Positions 11,947 to 23,790 of a DNA stretch of 64,000 nt are shown piece by piece. This stretch comes from Mobula hypostoma (taxonomy: Eukaryota). The notes beneath the pieces are model-generated. The model did not search any database and was not told the DNA's origin. It saw nothing but the letters and a program-made list of their open reading frames with translations. Every line of letters starts with the position of its first letter. Position 1 is the stretch's first letter. The stretch covers positions 11,842,001 through 11,906,000 of the forward strand of contig NC_086097.1 in the NCBI RefSeq assembly GCF_963921235.1, read 5' to 3'. The translations under genes and the position numbers were made by a program.

Positions 11947-12551
11947 AATCTCTCCATTCCCTTCATATACATGGGTCTATCTAAAAGCCTCTACATTTCT
12001 CCCAAACTGAACGCTTCCACTACTACCTCAGTAACTCAATCCAGGCAGTTACTACTCTCTGCTAAAAAGCACTTGCATTTCATGTCACCTTTAAGCTTTC
12101 CATCTGGGGAAAAGATTCTCACTGCCCATGCCTCTCATAGGTTTATAAAATCCTCTATCAAATGTCACCTCAGCCTCCAATGCTCTGGAGCGAATGATCC
12201 AAGGGCTTCCAACCTTTCATTATACTGTAGTTTATAACTCCTCATCCAGGCAGCATCCTTGTAAATGTTTTCTGCATGCTCTGTACGGTCTGTGCTCCCT
12301 TCCTACAGTGAATCGACCAGAAATGCATGCAGTTCTCCAAGTGTGGTCTGATGTCTGACTAAAGTTATATGTAGCTGCAATATGTCTCCCTTACTCTTGT
12401 ACTCAACACCACTGCCAATGAAGGCAATCATGTTATACACCTTCATTACCATCTTATCCACTTGTGCAGCCATTTGTGAATTACAGTATGCACCTCAACC
12501 CAAGATCCCTCTGTACCTCGATGCTATTAAAGGGTCTGCCATTAACTATTT

Positions 12552-12876
12552 GGGTTGTGGGTGGAGATGTATCTCTACCAAAGGAGGTGTAAGGTGCTCC
12601 TTCCCTCCACTAGTCTACAGGTCATCCTTGGGCAAGGCGTAGCACCTGCTTAGTGCCCCCGCCATTCAGGGTCACATGAAGCCAAGGGAGCAGCTGGTGT
12701 ATATCTAAGCTCCTGGTTATGCGACCACTGATGCCAGGCAGACAATCTCTGAAGGGATGATGGCTGGGGTCACCCGTCTTGTAAGGACACTACCCAGGAG
12801 AAGGCAATGGCAAACCATTTTTGTAGAAAAAGTTGTCAAGAACAATCACGGGGCATGACACATAATGATGATGATA
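12552..12876 (+). mobile_element. RTE/BovB-derived SINE (family 1)
   Basis: gagaaggcaatggcaaaccat (BovB 5'UTR-like) plus (atg)n tail; six copies in the window. Confidence 0.8.
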
Positions 12877-12962
12877 ACCATTAATTGTCGAGTTTCTTCT
12901 TCTATTTGGCCTTCTAAGATGCTACACCCTACACAAGTCTGGATTAAATTCCATCTACCAAT

Positions 12963-14654
12963 CGGAAATAGTAAGGGACCGAGGGTCTAGTGAGATGGAG
13001 GAACTGAGGGAAATACATGTTAGTAGGGAAGTGGTGTTAGGTAAATTGAAGGGATTAAAGGCAGATAAATCCCCAGGGCCAGATGGTCTGCATCCCAGAG
13101 TGCTTAAAGAAGTAGCCCAAGAAATAGTGGATGCATTAGTGATAATTTTTCAAAACTCTTTAGATTCTGGATTAGTTCCAGAGGATTGGAAGGTGGCTAA
13201 TGTAACCCCACTTTTTAAAAAAGGAGTGAGAGAGAAAACGGGGAGTTATAGACCGGTTAGCCTGACATCAGTGGTGGGGAAAATGCTAGAGTCAGTTATC
13301 AAAGATGTGATAACAGCACATTTGGAAAGTGGTGAAATCATCGGGCAAAGTCAGCATGGATTTGTGAAAGGAAAATCATGTCTGATGAATCTCATAGAAT
13401 TTTTTGAGGATATACCTAGTAGAGTGGATAGGGGAGAACCAGTGGATGTGGTATATTTGGATTTTCAAAAGGCTTTTGACAAGGTCCCACAGAGGAGATT
13501 AGTGTGCAAACTTAAAGCACGAAGTACTGGGGGTATAGTATTGGTGTGGATAGAGAATTGGTTGGCAGACAGGAAGCAAAGTGTGGGAATAAAAGGGACC
13601 TTTTCAGAATGGCAGGCAGTGACTAGTGGGGTACCGCAAGGCTCAGTGCTGGGACCCCAGTTGTTTACAATATATATTAGTGACTTAGGCGAGGGAATTA
13701 AATACAGCATCTCCAAGTTTGCGGATGACACGAAGCTGGGCGGCAGTGTTAGCTGTGGGGAGGATGCTAAGAGGAAGCAGGGTGACTTGGATAGGTTAGG
13801 TGAGTGGGCAAATTCATGGCAGATGCAATTTAATGTGGATAAATGTAAGGTTATCCACTTTGGTGGCAAGAACAGGAAAACAAATTATTATCTGAATGGT
13901 GGCCGATTAGGAAAAGGGGAAGTGCAACGAGACCTGGGTGTCATTGTACACCAGTCATTGAAAGTGGGCATGCAGGTACAGCAGACGGTGAAAAAGGAGA
14001 ATGGTATGCTGGCATTCATAGCAAGAGAATTTGAGTACAGGAGCGGGGAGGTTCTACTGCAGTTGTACAAGGCCTTAGTGAGACCACACCTGGAGTATTG
14101 TGTGCAGTTTTGGTCCCCTAATCTGAGGAAAGGCATGCTTGCCATAGAGGGAGTACAAAGAAGGTTCACCAGATTGATTCCTGGGATGGCAGGACTTTCA
14201 TATGATGAAAGACTGGATCAACTAGGCTTATACTCGCTGGAATTAAGAAGATTAAGTTGGGATCTTATTGAAACGTATAAAATTCTAAAGGGATTGGACA
14301 GGCTAGATGCAGAAAGATTGTTCCCGATGTTGGGGAAGTCCAGAATGAGGGGTCACAGTCTAAGGATAAAAGGGAAGCCTTTTGGGACCGAGATGAGGAA
14401 AAACTTCTTCACACAGAGAGTGGTGAATCTGTGGAATTCTCTGCCACAGGAAACAACTGAGGCCAGTTCATTGGCTATATTTAAGAGGGAGTTAGATATG
14501 GTCCTTGTGGCTAAAAGGATCAGGGGGTATGGAGGGAAGGCAGGTACAGGGTTCTGAGTTGGATGATCAGCCATGATCATACTGAATGGCGGTGCAGGCT
14601 TGAAGGGCCAAATGGCCTACTCCTGCACCTATTTTCTTTGTTTCTATGTTTCTA
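12963..14654 (+). mobile_element. Young CR1 LINE, 5'-truncated
   Basis: uninterrupted RT ORF, 3'UTR hairpin, ttctatgtttcta tail; flanking tctacca at 12954-12960 and 14651-14657. Confidence 0.95.
12995..14557 (+). CDS. CR1 ORF2 reverse transcriptase region (5'-truncated, 520 aa open)
   Basis: KSPGPDGLHPRVLKE, YRPVSLTS, QHGF, YLDFQKAFDKVP, SGVPQGSVLGP, KFADDTKL. Confidence 0.9.
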   Translation: MEELREIHVSREVVLGKLKGLKADKSPGPDGLHPRVLKEVAQEIVDALVIIFQNSLDSGLVPEDWKVANVTPLFKKGVREKTGSYRPVSLTSVVGKMLESVIKDVITAHLESGEIIGQSQHGFVKGKSCLMNLIEFFEDIPSRVDRGEPVDVVYLDFQKAFDKVPQRRLVCKLKARSTGGIVLVWIENWLADRKQSVGIKGTFSEWQAVTSGVPQGSVLGPQLFTIYISDLGEGIKYSISKFADDTKLGGSVSCGEDAKRKQGDLDRLGEWANSWQMQFNVDKCKVIHFGGKNRKTNYYLNGGRLGKGEVQRDLGVIVHQSLKVGMQVQQTVKKENGMLAFIAREFEYRSGEVLLQLYKALVRPHLEYCVQFWSPNLRKGMLAIEGVQRRFTRLIPGMAGLSYDERLDQLGLYSLELRRLSWDLIETYKILKGLDRLDAERLFPMLGKSRMRGHSLRIKGKPFGTEMRKNFFTQRVVNLWNSLPQETTEASSLAIFKRELDMVLVAKRIRGYGGKAGTGF

Positions 14655-16099
14655 CCAGTTCGCTGCCCATGTTTGTAACTGATCCATCCCACTATACTCT
14701 TTGATAGTCCTTTCCACTGCTTGCAACACCACCAGTCTGGGTGTAATCTGCAAAGTGCTCATCCATCCATCTACATTTTGTTCCAAATCATTGAAATATA
14801 ATCGCAAACAACGGAGGTCCCAGCACCAGTCCCTGGTGAACACCACTGAAAATAGACCTCCACCCAGAAAAACAGCCTTATCCTTCTGCTCTCTACTCTA
14901 CAGGCAAGCCAGTTCTGAATCCAAAACATGCAATTCCCCTGGATCCCATGCACCTTAATCTTCTGAATCAACCTACCATAAGGGATATTTTCAACTGCCT
15001 TATCAAAGTCCATGCAGGGAACATTACTGCCTTACCCTCATCAAGTTCCTTTGTCATTTTCTCAGTAAACTCGAACAAGTTCATAAAGCATGCACAAATA
15101 CATGCTAACTGTCCCTAAGTAGGCTATGCCTTTTCAAATGTGTATAAATCCTATCCCTCAGTATCTTCACCAATAGCTTCTCTACCAATGATGTGAGGCC
15201 CACTGGCCAATAATTACCAGGAAACTTAAAAATAAAAACTAATCATAAATTGCATTTAGTTAAGCCACATAAAAGATGTAAGCAGGCAGTCTGGAAGCAG
15301 ACTGCAGATCATTCACTCCGAGAAGGGTACAGAATAGTTACAGCATTCCAGAGACATAATCTTTCATCAGAACTGAAGCCTTGTGCCCTGATGAAGGCTT
15401 ACAAACAATGGATTGCACTAACTCGTCAGTTCACTCCAGAGTGCTGTATTTACAGCATATGCTATTTTTACCCCAGATGCCATCATTTGACATGAGCAGT
15501 TCAGTCTCTCCATCATGTCTTGTCAGTGGCTCCTCAGCCATTGTGTATCACATGAAGCTGGGCCATAACCTGTTCTTTTTTTCTTCAGCCTGCTGTGTTT
15601 TAAGAAACAAGTGTGTCAAAAATAATGAAATATTATAAAGGAAACTGAAGTATGTTCATTGGTTTTAATGAAATCATGAATTCTGATCATACATGAATCA
15701 AACCTACCTTCTTTACTATACCTGATCACATAAAAATGCCATTTCTTTGGTTTCTTTTACTGTTCAGTACACATATAATCAGAAAAGGAAAGGTTGACAT
15801 CATATCATCAGAGATAAAGAGCTAAGTAACAAAAATGCTTCTTCTGTCCCCTGTGGTTTTTCCATTATCTTGCCTTTCACTTCGGGATTGGGGTGACATG
15901 TGGGTGAGTACATGGCTGGGGTAATTGCAATAAAGGATTATACAGGGACACCACTTATACATTTCCACTAGTCAGTGAAATAGGATGAGTGTTATGTGAG
16001 GACACAAAATGTTGTCCATACAAGAAGACTATTTCAACATGGTAAAACTCCTTTGTCAGTACCTCCCAAATCTAAAGCATCTACCTAAAAATTTGTTGG

Positions 16100-16830
16100 T
16101 GCCGCACATAAGTGCGATTTTGAAGAAAGCACGGCAGTACATCTATTTCCTTAGAAGTCTGTGAAGATTCGGCATGATATCCAAGATTTTGACAGACTTC
16201 TATAGATTTGTAATGGAGAGTATATTGACTGGCTGCATCACAGTCTAGTATTGAAACACCATTGCCCTTGAATGGAAAATCTTACAAAAAGTACTGGATA
16301 CTTCCCAGCCCATCATAGGTAAAACTCACCCCACAACTGAGCACATCTACATGCAGTGCTGTCACAGGAAAGCAGCATCCATCAACACAGACCTCCACCA
16401 CTCAGGTCATGTTCTGTTCTCACTGCTGCCATCAGGAAGAGGGTCCTGTGTGCCTTAGGACTCACACCACCAGGATCAGGAACAGTTATTACTCCTGAAC
16501 CATCAGGCTCTTGAACCAGACGGGTAACTTCACTCATCCCATCACCGAACTGTTCCCATAACCTAAAGACTCACAGTTAGGTGCTCTTCATATCATGTTA
16601 TCGATATTTATTGCTTATTCATTATTATTATCATTATTTCTTCTTTGTCTTTCTTTTTATATTTGCACAGTTTGTCATCCTTTGCACACTGGTTGTCTGC
16701 TCTATTGGGTCTAGTCTTTCGTTGACATGGGATGGTTATTGGATTTATAGAGTCTGCCCTCACGAAAATGAATCTCAGGACTGTATACGGTAGCGTATAT
16801 ATACTATGAAAATAACTTTATTTGAACTTT
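16100..16830 (+). mobile_element. Rex1/Babar LINE 3' fragment
   Basis: decayed KKARQ..FYR..ESILTGCIT..HVLFSLLPSG..RNSYY plus 3'UTR and (tttgaac) tail. Confidence 0.8.
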
Positions 16831-17227
16831 CAACTATTCAAAATGGGGCAGAGACAGAAAGCAGTAAAGTGGAGGCCATGTCATTGGGTAAATTTAAAGT
16901 GGAGGTTGATAGTTTCTTGGTCACAGGGAAAGTGAAATATTGATATTACTAAAGTCATTGCAGCAGGACACTTAGGTAATCAGATGAAGTCAACATGATT
17001 TTATGAAAGAAGATCATGTTTGATCCCTCACCTCTGCCTTGTTACGATCCTGCACCTTATTGTCTATCTGCACTGCACTCTATCAGCTGCTCACATTTGA
17101 TCTGTATGTACAGTATTCAAGACAAGATTTTCACTGTACCTTGGTACAGACAACAATAATAAACCAATTCCAATTATAGTTCCAATAACTATTGGAATTA
17201 TTTGAAGAAGTACTATGTGTTGTATAT

Positions 17228-17715
17228 CATTTTTGGGCCACTTATCTAAGAAAGGATGTGCTGGTATTGGAGAAAGTCTAGAGAAGGTTCACGAGAACGA
17301 TTTCAGGAACGAAAGGGATAATGTATGGGGAGCATTTGAAAGTTCTGGTCCTGTACTTACTGGAGTTTAGAAGAATGTGGGGGGTGAGCACATTGAAACC
17401 TATCAAATATTGATAGACCTAGATAGAGAGCCAAAGGATTCCTCCTACATTGGGGGATTGTAGTCCCTTTACAACAGAGGCGAGGTGGAATATCTTTAGT
17501 CAGAGGATGGTGAGTCTGTGGAATTCATTGCCACAAATTATTTTATCATTGTTTATACTTAAAGCAGAGATTGATAGTTTCTTGGTTAATAAGGGCATCA
17601 AAGGTTATGGAGAGCTAGCAGGAGAATGGGGTTGAAAGGGGTAATGAAGCAGCCATGATTGAACAGCAGAGCAAACTCGATGGGCTGAATGGCCTAATTC
17701 TGCTCCAATGTCTTG
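17228..17715 (+). mobile_element. CR1 LINE 3' fragment
   Basis: FSQRMVSLWNSLP..KAEIDSFL..KGIKGYGE plus 3'UTR. Confidence 0.8.
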
Positions 17716-18194
17716 TCTCCAAGAGTCATTTGGTGAGATGCTAAATCAAAGATTATTGTCAAGAATAATTGCTTATGGTGTAGGAGGTAGCACTTTGCGG
17801 TGGATAAAATGTTGTTTGGCTTGTAGAAAACAGACAGTTGGTATCAATGAGTCTTTTTTATGGTTGGCAAGATGTAACACAGGAGATGCCACAGGTACTG
17901 GGGTTGCAGCTTCAGTTAATTACAATTTGCTGGAGGAATTCAGTGGGTTAGGCAGCACTAGTGGTGAGGAGAGGTGGGAAAGGAACTGATGAGATTTTGA
18001 GTCAAAGCCCTGCATATGTCTTGACAGATCGTTCCTCCCCACCCCTCCCACCCTCCTCCACAGACGGAGTTTCACCTAAAAATGCTACATCGACAGGACC
18101 CACCAGATTGTTTGCTGCTGCAGATTTCAGCCTCTGTCACCTCTTGTGCCCCACGGCAAATTGTAGAATTTAAATTCAGTTAATAATCTGGGAT

Positions 18195-19639
18195 AATTCC
18201 GCTATTTAAGAAAGGAAGGAGGCAGCAAAAAGAAAATTACAGACCTATTAGTCTGACATCGGTGGTTGGAAAGATATTGGAGTCAATCCTCAAGGACGAG
18301 GTTATGAAATACCTCGAGGTGCATGATAAGATAGGCCGAAGCCAGCATGGTTTCATAAAGGGAAGATCCTGTCTCACCAATTTATTGGAATTTTTTGAGG
18401 TAATCTCGAATAAAATTGACAAGGGAAAGGCTGTGGATGTTGTGTATTTGGATTTACAAAAGGCCTTCGATAAGGTGCCGCATATGAGGCTGCTTAATAA
18501 GATGAGAGCCCATGGAATTATAGGAAAGGTATTGAAATGGGTGAAGCATTGGCTGATAGGCAGAAAGCAAAGGGTGGGAATAAAGGGATCCTATTCTGAT
18601 TGGTTGCCGGTTACTAGTGGTGTTCTGCAGGGGTCGGTGTTGGGGCCGCTACTTTTTACGATGTATATGGATGATTTGGATTATGGATTAAATGGTTTTG
18701 TGGCAAAATTTGCAGATGACACCAAGATAGGTGGAGGAGCAGGAAATGTTGAATTAACGGAAAGGTTGCAGAGAGACTTAGTCAGTTTAGGAGAGTGGGC
18801 AAAGAAATGGCAGATGAGATACAACGTTGACAAATGTACGGTTGTACATTTCGGAAGAAGAAATAATCAGGCAGATTATTATTTAGAAAGGGAGAAAATT
18901 CAAAAATCAGAAGTGCAAAGGGACTTGGGGGTCCGCGTGCAGGATACCCTAAAGGTTAACCACCAAGTTGGATTGGCGGTAAGGAAAGCAAATGCTATGT
19001 TGGCACTCATTTCAAGAGGAGCAGTGTATAAGAGTAAGGAGGTGTTGATGAGGCTCTATGGGGCATCAGTGAGACCTCATTTGGAATACTGTGTGCAGTT
19101 TTGGGCCCCTATCTTAGAAAGGATATACTGATGTTGGAGAGAGTTCAGAGAAGATTTACGAGGATGATTCCTGGAATGCAGGGGCTAACATATGAGGAGC
19201 GTCTGTTGGCTCTTGGACTGTATTCATTAGAGTATAGAAGAATGAGAGGGGATCTCATAGAAATGTTTCTAATGTTGAAAGGGTTGGACAGAGTAGGTGT
19301 GGAAAGGCTGTTTCCCTTGGTGGGTGAGTCCAGGACAAGGGGCCATAGTCTTAGAATTAGAGGGTACCCAGTTAAAACAGAGATGAGGAGAAATTTTTTT
19401 AGCCAGAGGGTCGTGGATTTCTGGAATTCGTTGCCACATATGGCTGTGGAGGCCCGATCATTGAGCGTGTTTAAGGAGGAGATTGACAGGTATCTAATTA
19501 GTCAGGGTATCAAGGGATATGGGGAAAAAGCCGGAAATTGGAACTAGATGAGTGAATTGTTTAGCTCATGGGGGAGCTGTGGAGCAGACTCGATGGGCCG
19601 AATGGCCTACTTCTGCTCCTTTGTCTTGTGATCTTGTGA
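18195..19639 (+). mobile_element. CR1 LINE, 5'-truncated, one frameshift near 19110
   Basis: ORFs 18262-19131 (KFADDTKI) and 19101-19547; cttgtgatcttgtga tail. Confidence 0.93.
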
Positions 19640-19799
19640 ATTTAAAATTGAAAACAAGGTGGTTAAAAAATCTGGCTTCGTTCGCCAATAAGAAACAACT
19701 TCAATGCCTTTTGACCAAGATTGGGACTCCAGACTGACCAAGGTGGTTCACTCTTAAATGGCTTGGCAAAATACCCTAGGGTGATTGGAGATGGGCAAT

Positions 19800-20216
19800 G
19801 GCAGCATGCTATTTAGGCTTTTAGTGCAACCAGCGGTGACCCAGACTCAATTCCTGTCGCTATCTGTAAGGAGTTTGTACATCCTCCCAGTGACCACGGG
19901 GTTTCTTTCAGGTCCTCCCAAAGACGTTAAAATTAGGTTCTAGACACAGGAGATTCTGCCAGTGCTGGAAATCCGGAGCAACAGACGCAAAATTCGGAGG
20001 AACTCAGCAAGACAGGGAGCATTTATGGAGAGGAATAAACAGTCAAAGTCAATGTTTGGAGCTTGAAACGTCGAATGATTATTCATGTTTGTAGATGCAG
20101 CCTGATCGGCATATTGTATGGGATAGAAGGTTAATTGGTCACATGGGTGTAATTGGGCAGCGCGGGATCGGGGCCGAAAGGGTTTGTTACCGTACTGTAC
20201 TGTATCTCTAAATAAA
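19800..20216 (+). mobile_element. V-SINE interrupted by a Penelope-derived fold-back (19942-20108)
   Basis: tctgtaaggagtttgtacatcctccc...; resumes aggttaattggtcac...ctgtatctctaaataaa. Confidence 0.7.
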
Positions 20217-20339
20217 GTAAATGTTGGCTTTGCCCGATCTTGAAACAAAAAAATATAAAATAATACCAATAATTGGCATTAGCTTCACACAGCTGAACAT
20301 AAATATTTAGAAAACTGGAAGAAAAGAAGAAGAATGAAA

Positions 20340-21340
20340 GAGCTAATCAGATTTTTGTTCTGCCGTGAATCAAAGCGCTTGATCTGAAGCGGAATCCGGA
20401 TCGCATCGCCCTCATTTCAAACTCTCCAGGCAATGAGCGCAGTGGCCGATTACCATGTCCGCAACGCCGCAGCGGCGCTTTGTAACGGCTAATGGATTCA
20501 AGTGGAAGAGTCGTGGGCGCATATCTCCGGAAAACCGAGCCGCAGCAGCTAGGCAATTTGCGAGATTTTTTGTTTGCCCGTGGAATGTGAATTATTCCTC
20601 TGGGACACCTTCTCGGTCACAGCGACTCGGTCAGAAACCGTGACCAGGCTGCGACCACAGCTTCGCTGAAAATACTCATCTTGAAGAGAAGTTTGCGTCA
20701 GCCTTTTCCATTAATTCGCGGTGAGGATTTTTACCTTGTCTGTGATAAATATTTTCACAAGTTCTCCCCGGTATGTTCCTGCTGAAAATGGACCGGACTC
20801 TCTCTCTCTGCTTTCTTCCTGCTTTTCACCTTAACAAGCAAAAAAAAAGGGATCAGTGCATTGCTCCCACGAACAGAGTTCTATATTTTTGATTGATACT
20901 TTTCAATTAAATTCCTCTCATGCTCTGACAGTTTGTAATGCTATTTTTCTCCCCGATAACACGCAACATTACAGGAACAACAGCACCGGTGACCCTGCTT
21001 AACTGTAGGAGTAAATAGCTTCCTTGTACAATGCGATTGTGGTGACAGTTTCTTGCTGGGGAAATCAGTTCTGTGAAGGGACAGGGCAATGATAAGCCAT
21101 CTGGATTTGAAATTCTATTTCTTCGTATCGGAATTAGATCTGGACTTTATAAATCCTCGCTGCCATCTCATTGCCGCTTCTTATATGCAGCACGATTACA
21201 GTGTGACAACTCATAGCTATACTGGACCCCCTCTTGACAACAGTTGGATTGTTGCTTTCACGCTGCTCAACTACTAACTATTAAAACTCTCGGAAAGGAT
21301 TGTTGGAGAAAAAGAAATCCAGCTTGCATTGACCGCAACG
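20340..21340. promoter_or_regulatory. CpG-rich unique island; putative promoter/first-exon region
   Basis: dense CpG in non-repetitive DNA against a CpG-poor background; donor-like sites on both strands. Confidence 0.55.
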
Positions 21341-21360
21341 GATCCAAACTTTTTCATCAT

Positions 21361-21465
21361 AGCAACACACACACAATGCTGGAGGAACTCAGCAGGTCAG
21401 GCAGCATCTACGGAAGGAAACGAGTCAACAATCGATGTTTCTGGCTGAGACCTTTCATCAGGATT
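21361..21465 (-). repeat. Penelope-derived repeat with minimal hammerhead motif
   Basis: minus strand AAUC CUGAUGA AAGGUCUCAGCCA GAAA CA UC GAUU. Confidence 0.7.
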
Positions 21466-21492
21466 CATATATATTCATGATGTATGTATAGT

Positions 21493-21799
21493 ATAGGCAT
21501 CCGTTCGTCTCATGAGACCATGGATTTGCACCTTGGAAGGTTTCCAGGGTGCAGGCCTGGGCAAGGTTGTATGGAAGACTGGCAGTTGCCCATGCTGCAA
21601 GTCTCCCCTCTCCACACCACCGATGTTGTCCAAGGAAAGGGCATTAGGACCCATACAGCTTGGCACCGGTGTCGTCGCAGAGCAATGGGTGGTTAAGTGC
21701 CTTGCTCAAGGACACAGCACGCTGCCTCAGCTAGGGCTTGAACTAGCGACCTTCAGATCACTAGACCGACACCTTAACCACTTGGCCACAAGCCAACAC
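21493..21799 (-). mobile_element. tRNA-head SINE with RTE-type tail
   Basis: A box tggccaagtgg, B box gttcaagcc, gtgtccttgagcaaggcacttaacc; TSD tcatgatgtat (21475-21485 / 21811-21821). Confidence 0.85.
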
Positions 21800-21869
21800 T
21801 CAAAACAACATCATGATGTATATTTTCATCTTATATCTTGCTTTATTTAAAGTTTTTTTTTCAAATTTA

Positions 21870-22400
21870 GTCTTATCAAGATTGTTTAATGTAATTTCCA
21901 GTGTGCCAACGTAAAGGAGAACAAAATAATTTTTACTTTGCATCACAAATACCTCAATGAGATGAAGAACATAATAATACATACATACATACATAATACA
22001 TTTATATGCTTATATACATAGTATGTCCATAAAGTGACACTAGGCACAGGAGTGTCTGTACATAAGGTGACTCCAACAGGAAATGATAAAGTAGTGATGC
22101 TGGGGGTGTGGAGGGGTGGGTTAGTGGGTGAAGGTGTTGATCAGCCTGACTGATTGGGGGAAGTAACTGCTTTTGAGTCTGATGTTCCTGGCCTCCTCCT
22201 TAACGAGTGTGGGATAAACAGTCCATGAGCAGGTTGGGTGGGATCCTTCGTGATGTTGCTGGCCGTCTTCCAGCAGCTTTCTGTATATACCTCCCTGGTG
22301 GCAGATAGGTTGGTGCCAGTGATGAGTTGGGAAGTTTTGACTTCCTGTCCAACACAGTGCAGTTTCTGTACGATGCGACAATGCAGCATGTTGGGATGCT
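21870..22400 (-). mobile_element. Rex1/Babar LINE 3' fragment
   Basis: ASNITKDPTQPAHGLF..RLKSSYFPQSVRLIN. Confidence 0.8.
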
Positions 22401-22402
22401 CT

Positions 22403-22530
22403 GTCCTGCTGAAGGGTCTCGGTTTGAAACATCGACTGTATTCTTTTCCATAGATGCTGCCTGGCCTGCTGAGCTCCTCCAGCACTTTCTGTGTGTTGCT
22501 CGGATTTCCAGAATCTGCAGATTTTCTCCT
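22403..22530 (+). repeat. Penelope-derived repeat with variant hammerhead core
   Basis: gtc ctgctga agggtctcggttt gaaa ca tc gactg. Confidence 0.7.
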
Positions 22531-23122
22531 CTTAATGTAGCCATATCGTTTCTGTTATTTGGGAGGCTAAATAATCTGCATATTAGTCCTCTCCCTAATT
22601 TAAATTATTACCACTGTCCATAATGAATGGACTTTGTCTAGCTCCTTTCCAACCTTCAGTTATCACAAAGGTCTACAATATTCAGTTAAGTGTTTTGGAA
22701 ATGTAAGTATTATTTTGCTATTGTCAGTGTAAGATTCTGAAAGCAAGCCTACATTACTGATTGCTGATTGAGATGTGGGGTGGGGGAGTTGGTGCTGATG
22801 CTATGGGGGTTACAGTTACAAAGTCAAAGAGCACTACAGGACAGAAACAGCTCTCGGCCAGTCTGGCCCCAACTATTATTTTGCCTAGTCCCATTGACCT
22901 GCACCCAGACCATAGCTCTCCTTACCCCTCCCATCCATGTACTTACCCAAACTGAAATGTTACAATTGAACCCGCATCCATCTTTTCCACTGGCAGCTCA
23001 TTCCACTCTCTCTGCGTGAAGAAAATTCCCCCTCATGTTTTTCTTAGATATGCCACCTTTGGCCCTTAACTTACTCACCTAACCTCAGTGGAAAAAGCCA
23101 GCTTGCCTTTGCCCTATGTATA

Positions 23123-23784
23123 TGGTGGAGGATTACAAATACTTGGGGATATGAATTGACAATAAACTGGACTGGTCAAAGAACACTGAGGCTGTCTACA
23201 AGAAGGGTCAGAGCCATCTCTATTTCCTGAGGAGACTGAGGTCCTTTAACATCTGCCGGACGATGCTGAGGATGTTCTACGAGTCTGTGGTGGCCAGTTC
23301 TATCACGTTTGCTGTTGTGTGCTGGGGCAGCAGGCTGAGGGTAGCAGACACCAACAGAATCAACAAACTCATTCGTAAGGCCAGTGATGTTGTGGGGATG
23401 GAACTGGACTCTCTGACGGTGGTGTCTGAAAAGAGGATGCTGTCTAAGTTGCATGCCATCTTGGTCAATGTCTCCCATCCACTACATAATGGACTGGGTG
23501 GGCACAAGAGTACATTCAACCAGAGACTCATTCCACTGAGATGCAGCACAGAGCGTCATAGGAAGTCATTCCTGCCTGTGGCCATCAAACTTTACAAGTC
23601 CTCCCTTGGAGGGTCAGACACCTTGAGCCAATAGGCTGGTCCTGGACTTATTTCATAATTTACTGGCATAATTTACATATTACTATTTAACTATTCATGG
23701 TTCTATTACTATTTATTATTTATGGTGCAACTGTAATGAAAACCAATCTCCCCCGGGCTCAATAAAATATGACTATGACTATGA
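23123..23784 (+). mobile_element. Rex1/Babar LINE 3' fragment, inserted in an old CR1 tail
   Basis: YKYLG..LYFLRRLRSFN, ORF 23263-23634 (SHPLH..RKSFLPVAIKLY); (tatgac)n tail. Confidence 0.85.
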
Positions 23785-23790
23785 TTTCAT

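Larger units (their letters stand above)
11153..15222 (-). mobile_element. Old CR1 LINE fragmented by nested insertions
   Basis: (atagaac)n tail at 11153; decayed ORF2 continues to MDFDKAVENIPYGRLIQKIKVHGIQG (14771-15013). Confidence 0.8.

Noticed and set aside
13465..14580. Recurrent antisense ORFs (also 44803-45483, 49095-50204, 60219-60791)
   Set aside because: Shadow frames of CR1 ORF2 that recur only because the copies are near-identical.
15700..15730. Minus-strand 14-nt microexon (cag|GTATAGTAAAGAAG|gtaggt)
   Set aside because: Weak pyrimidine tract and not frame-preserving; likely chance.
20347..20643. Short ORFs in the CpG island
   Set aside because: Expected in GC-rich DNA; no recognisable homology.
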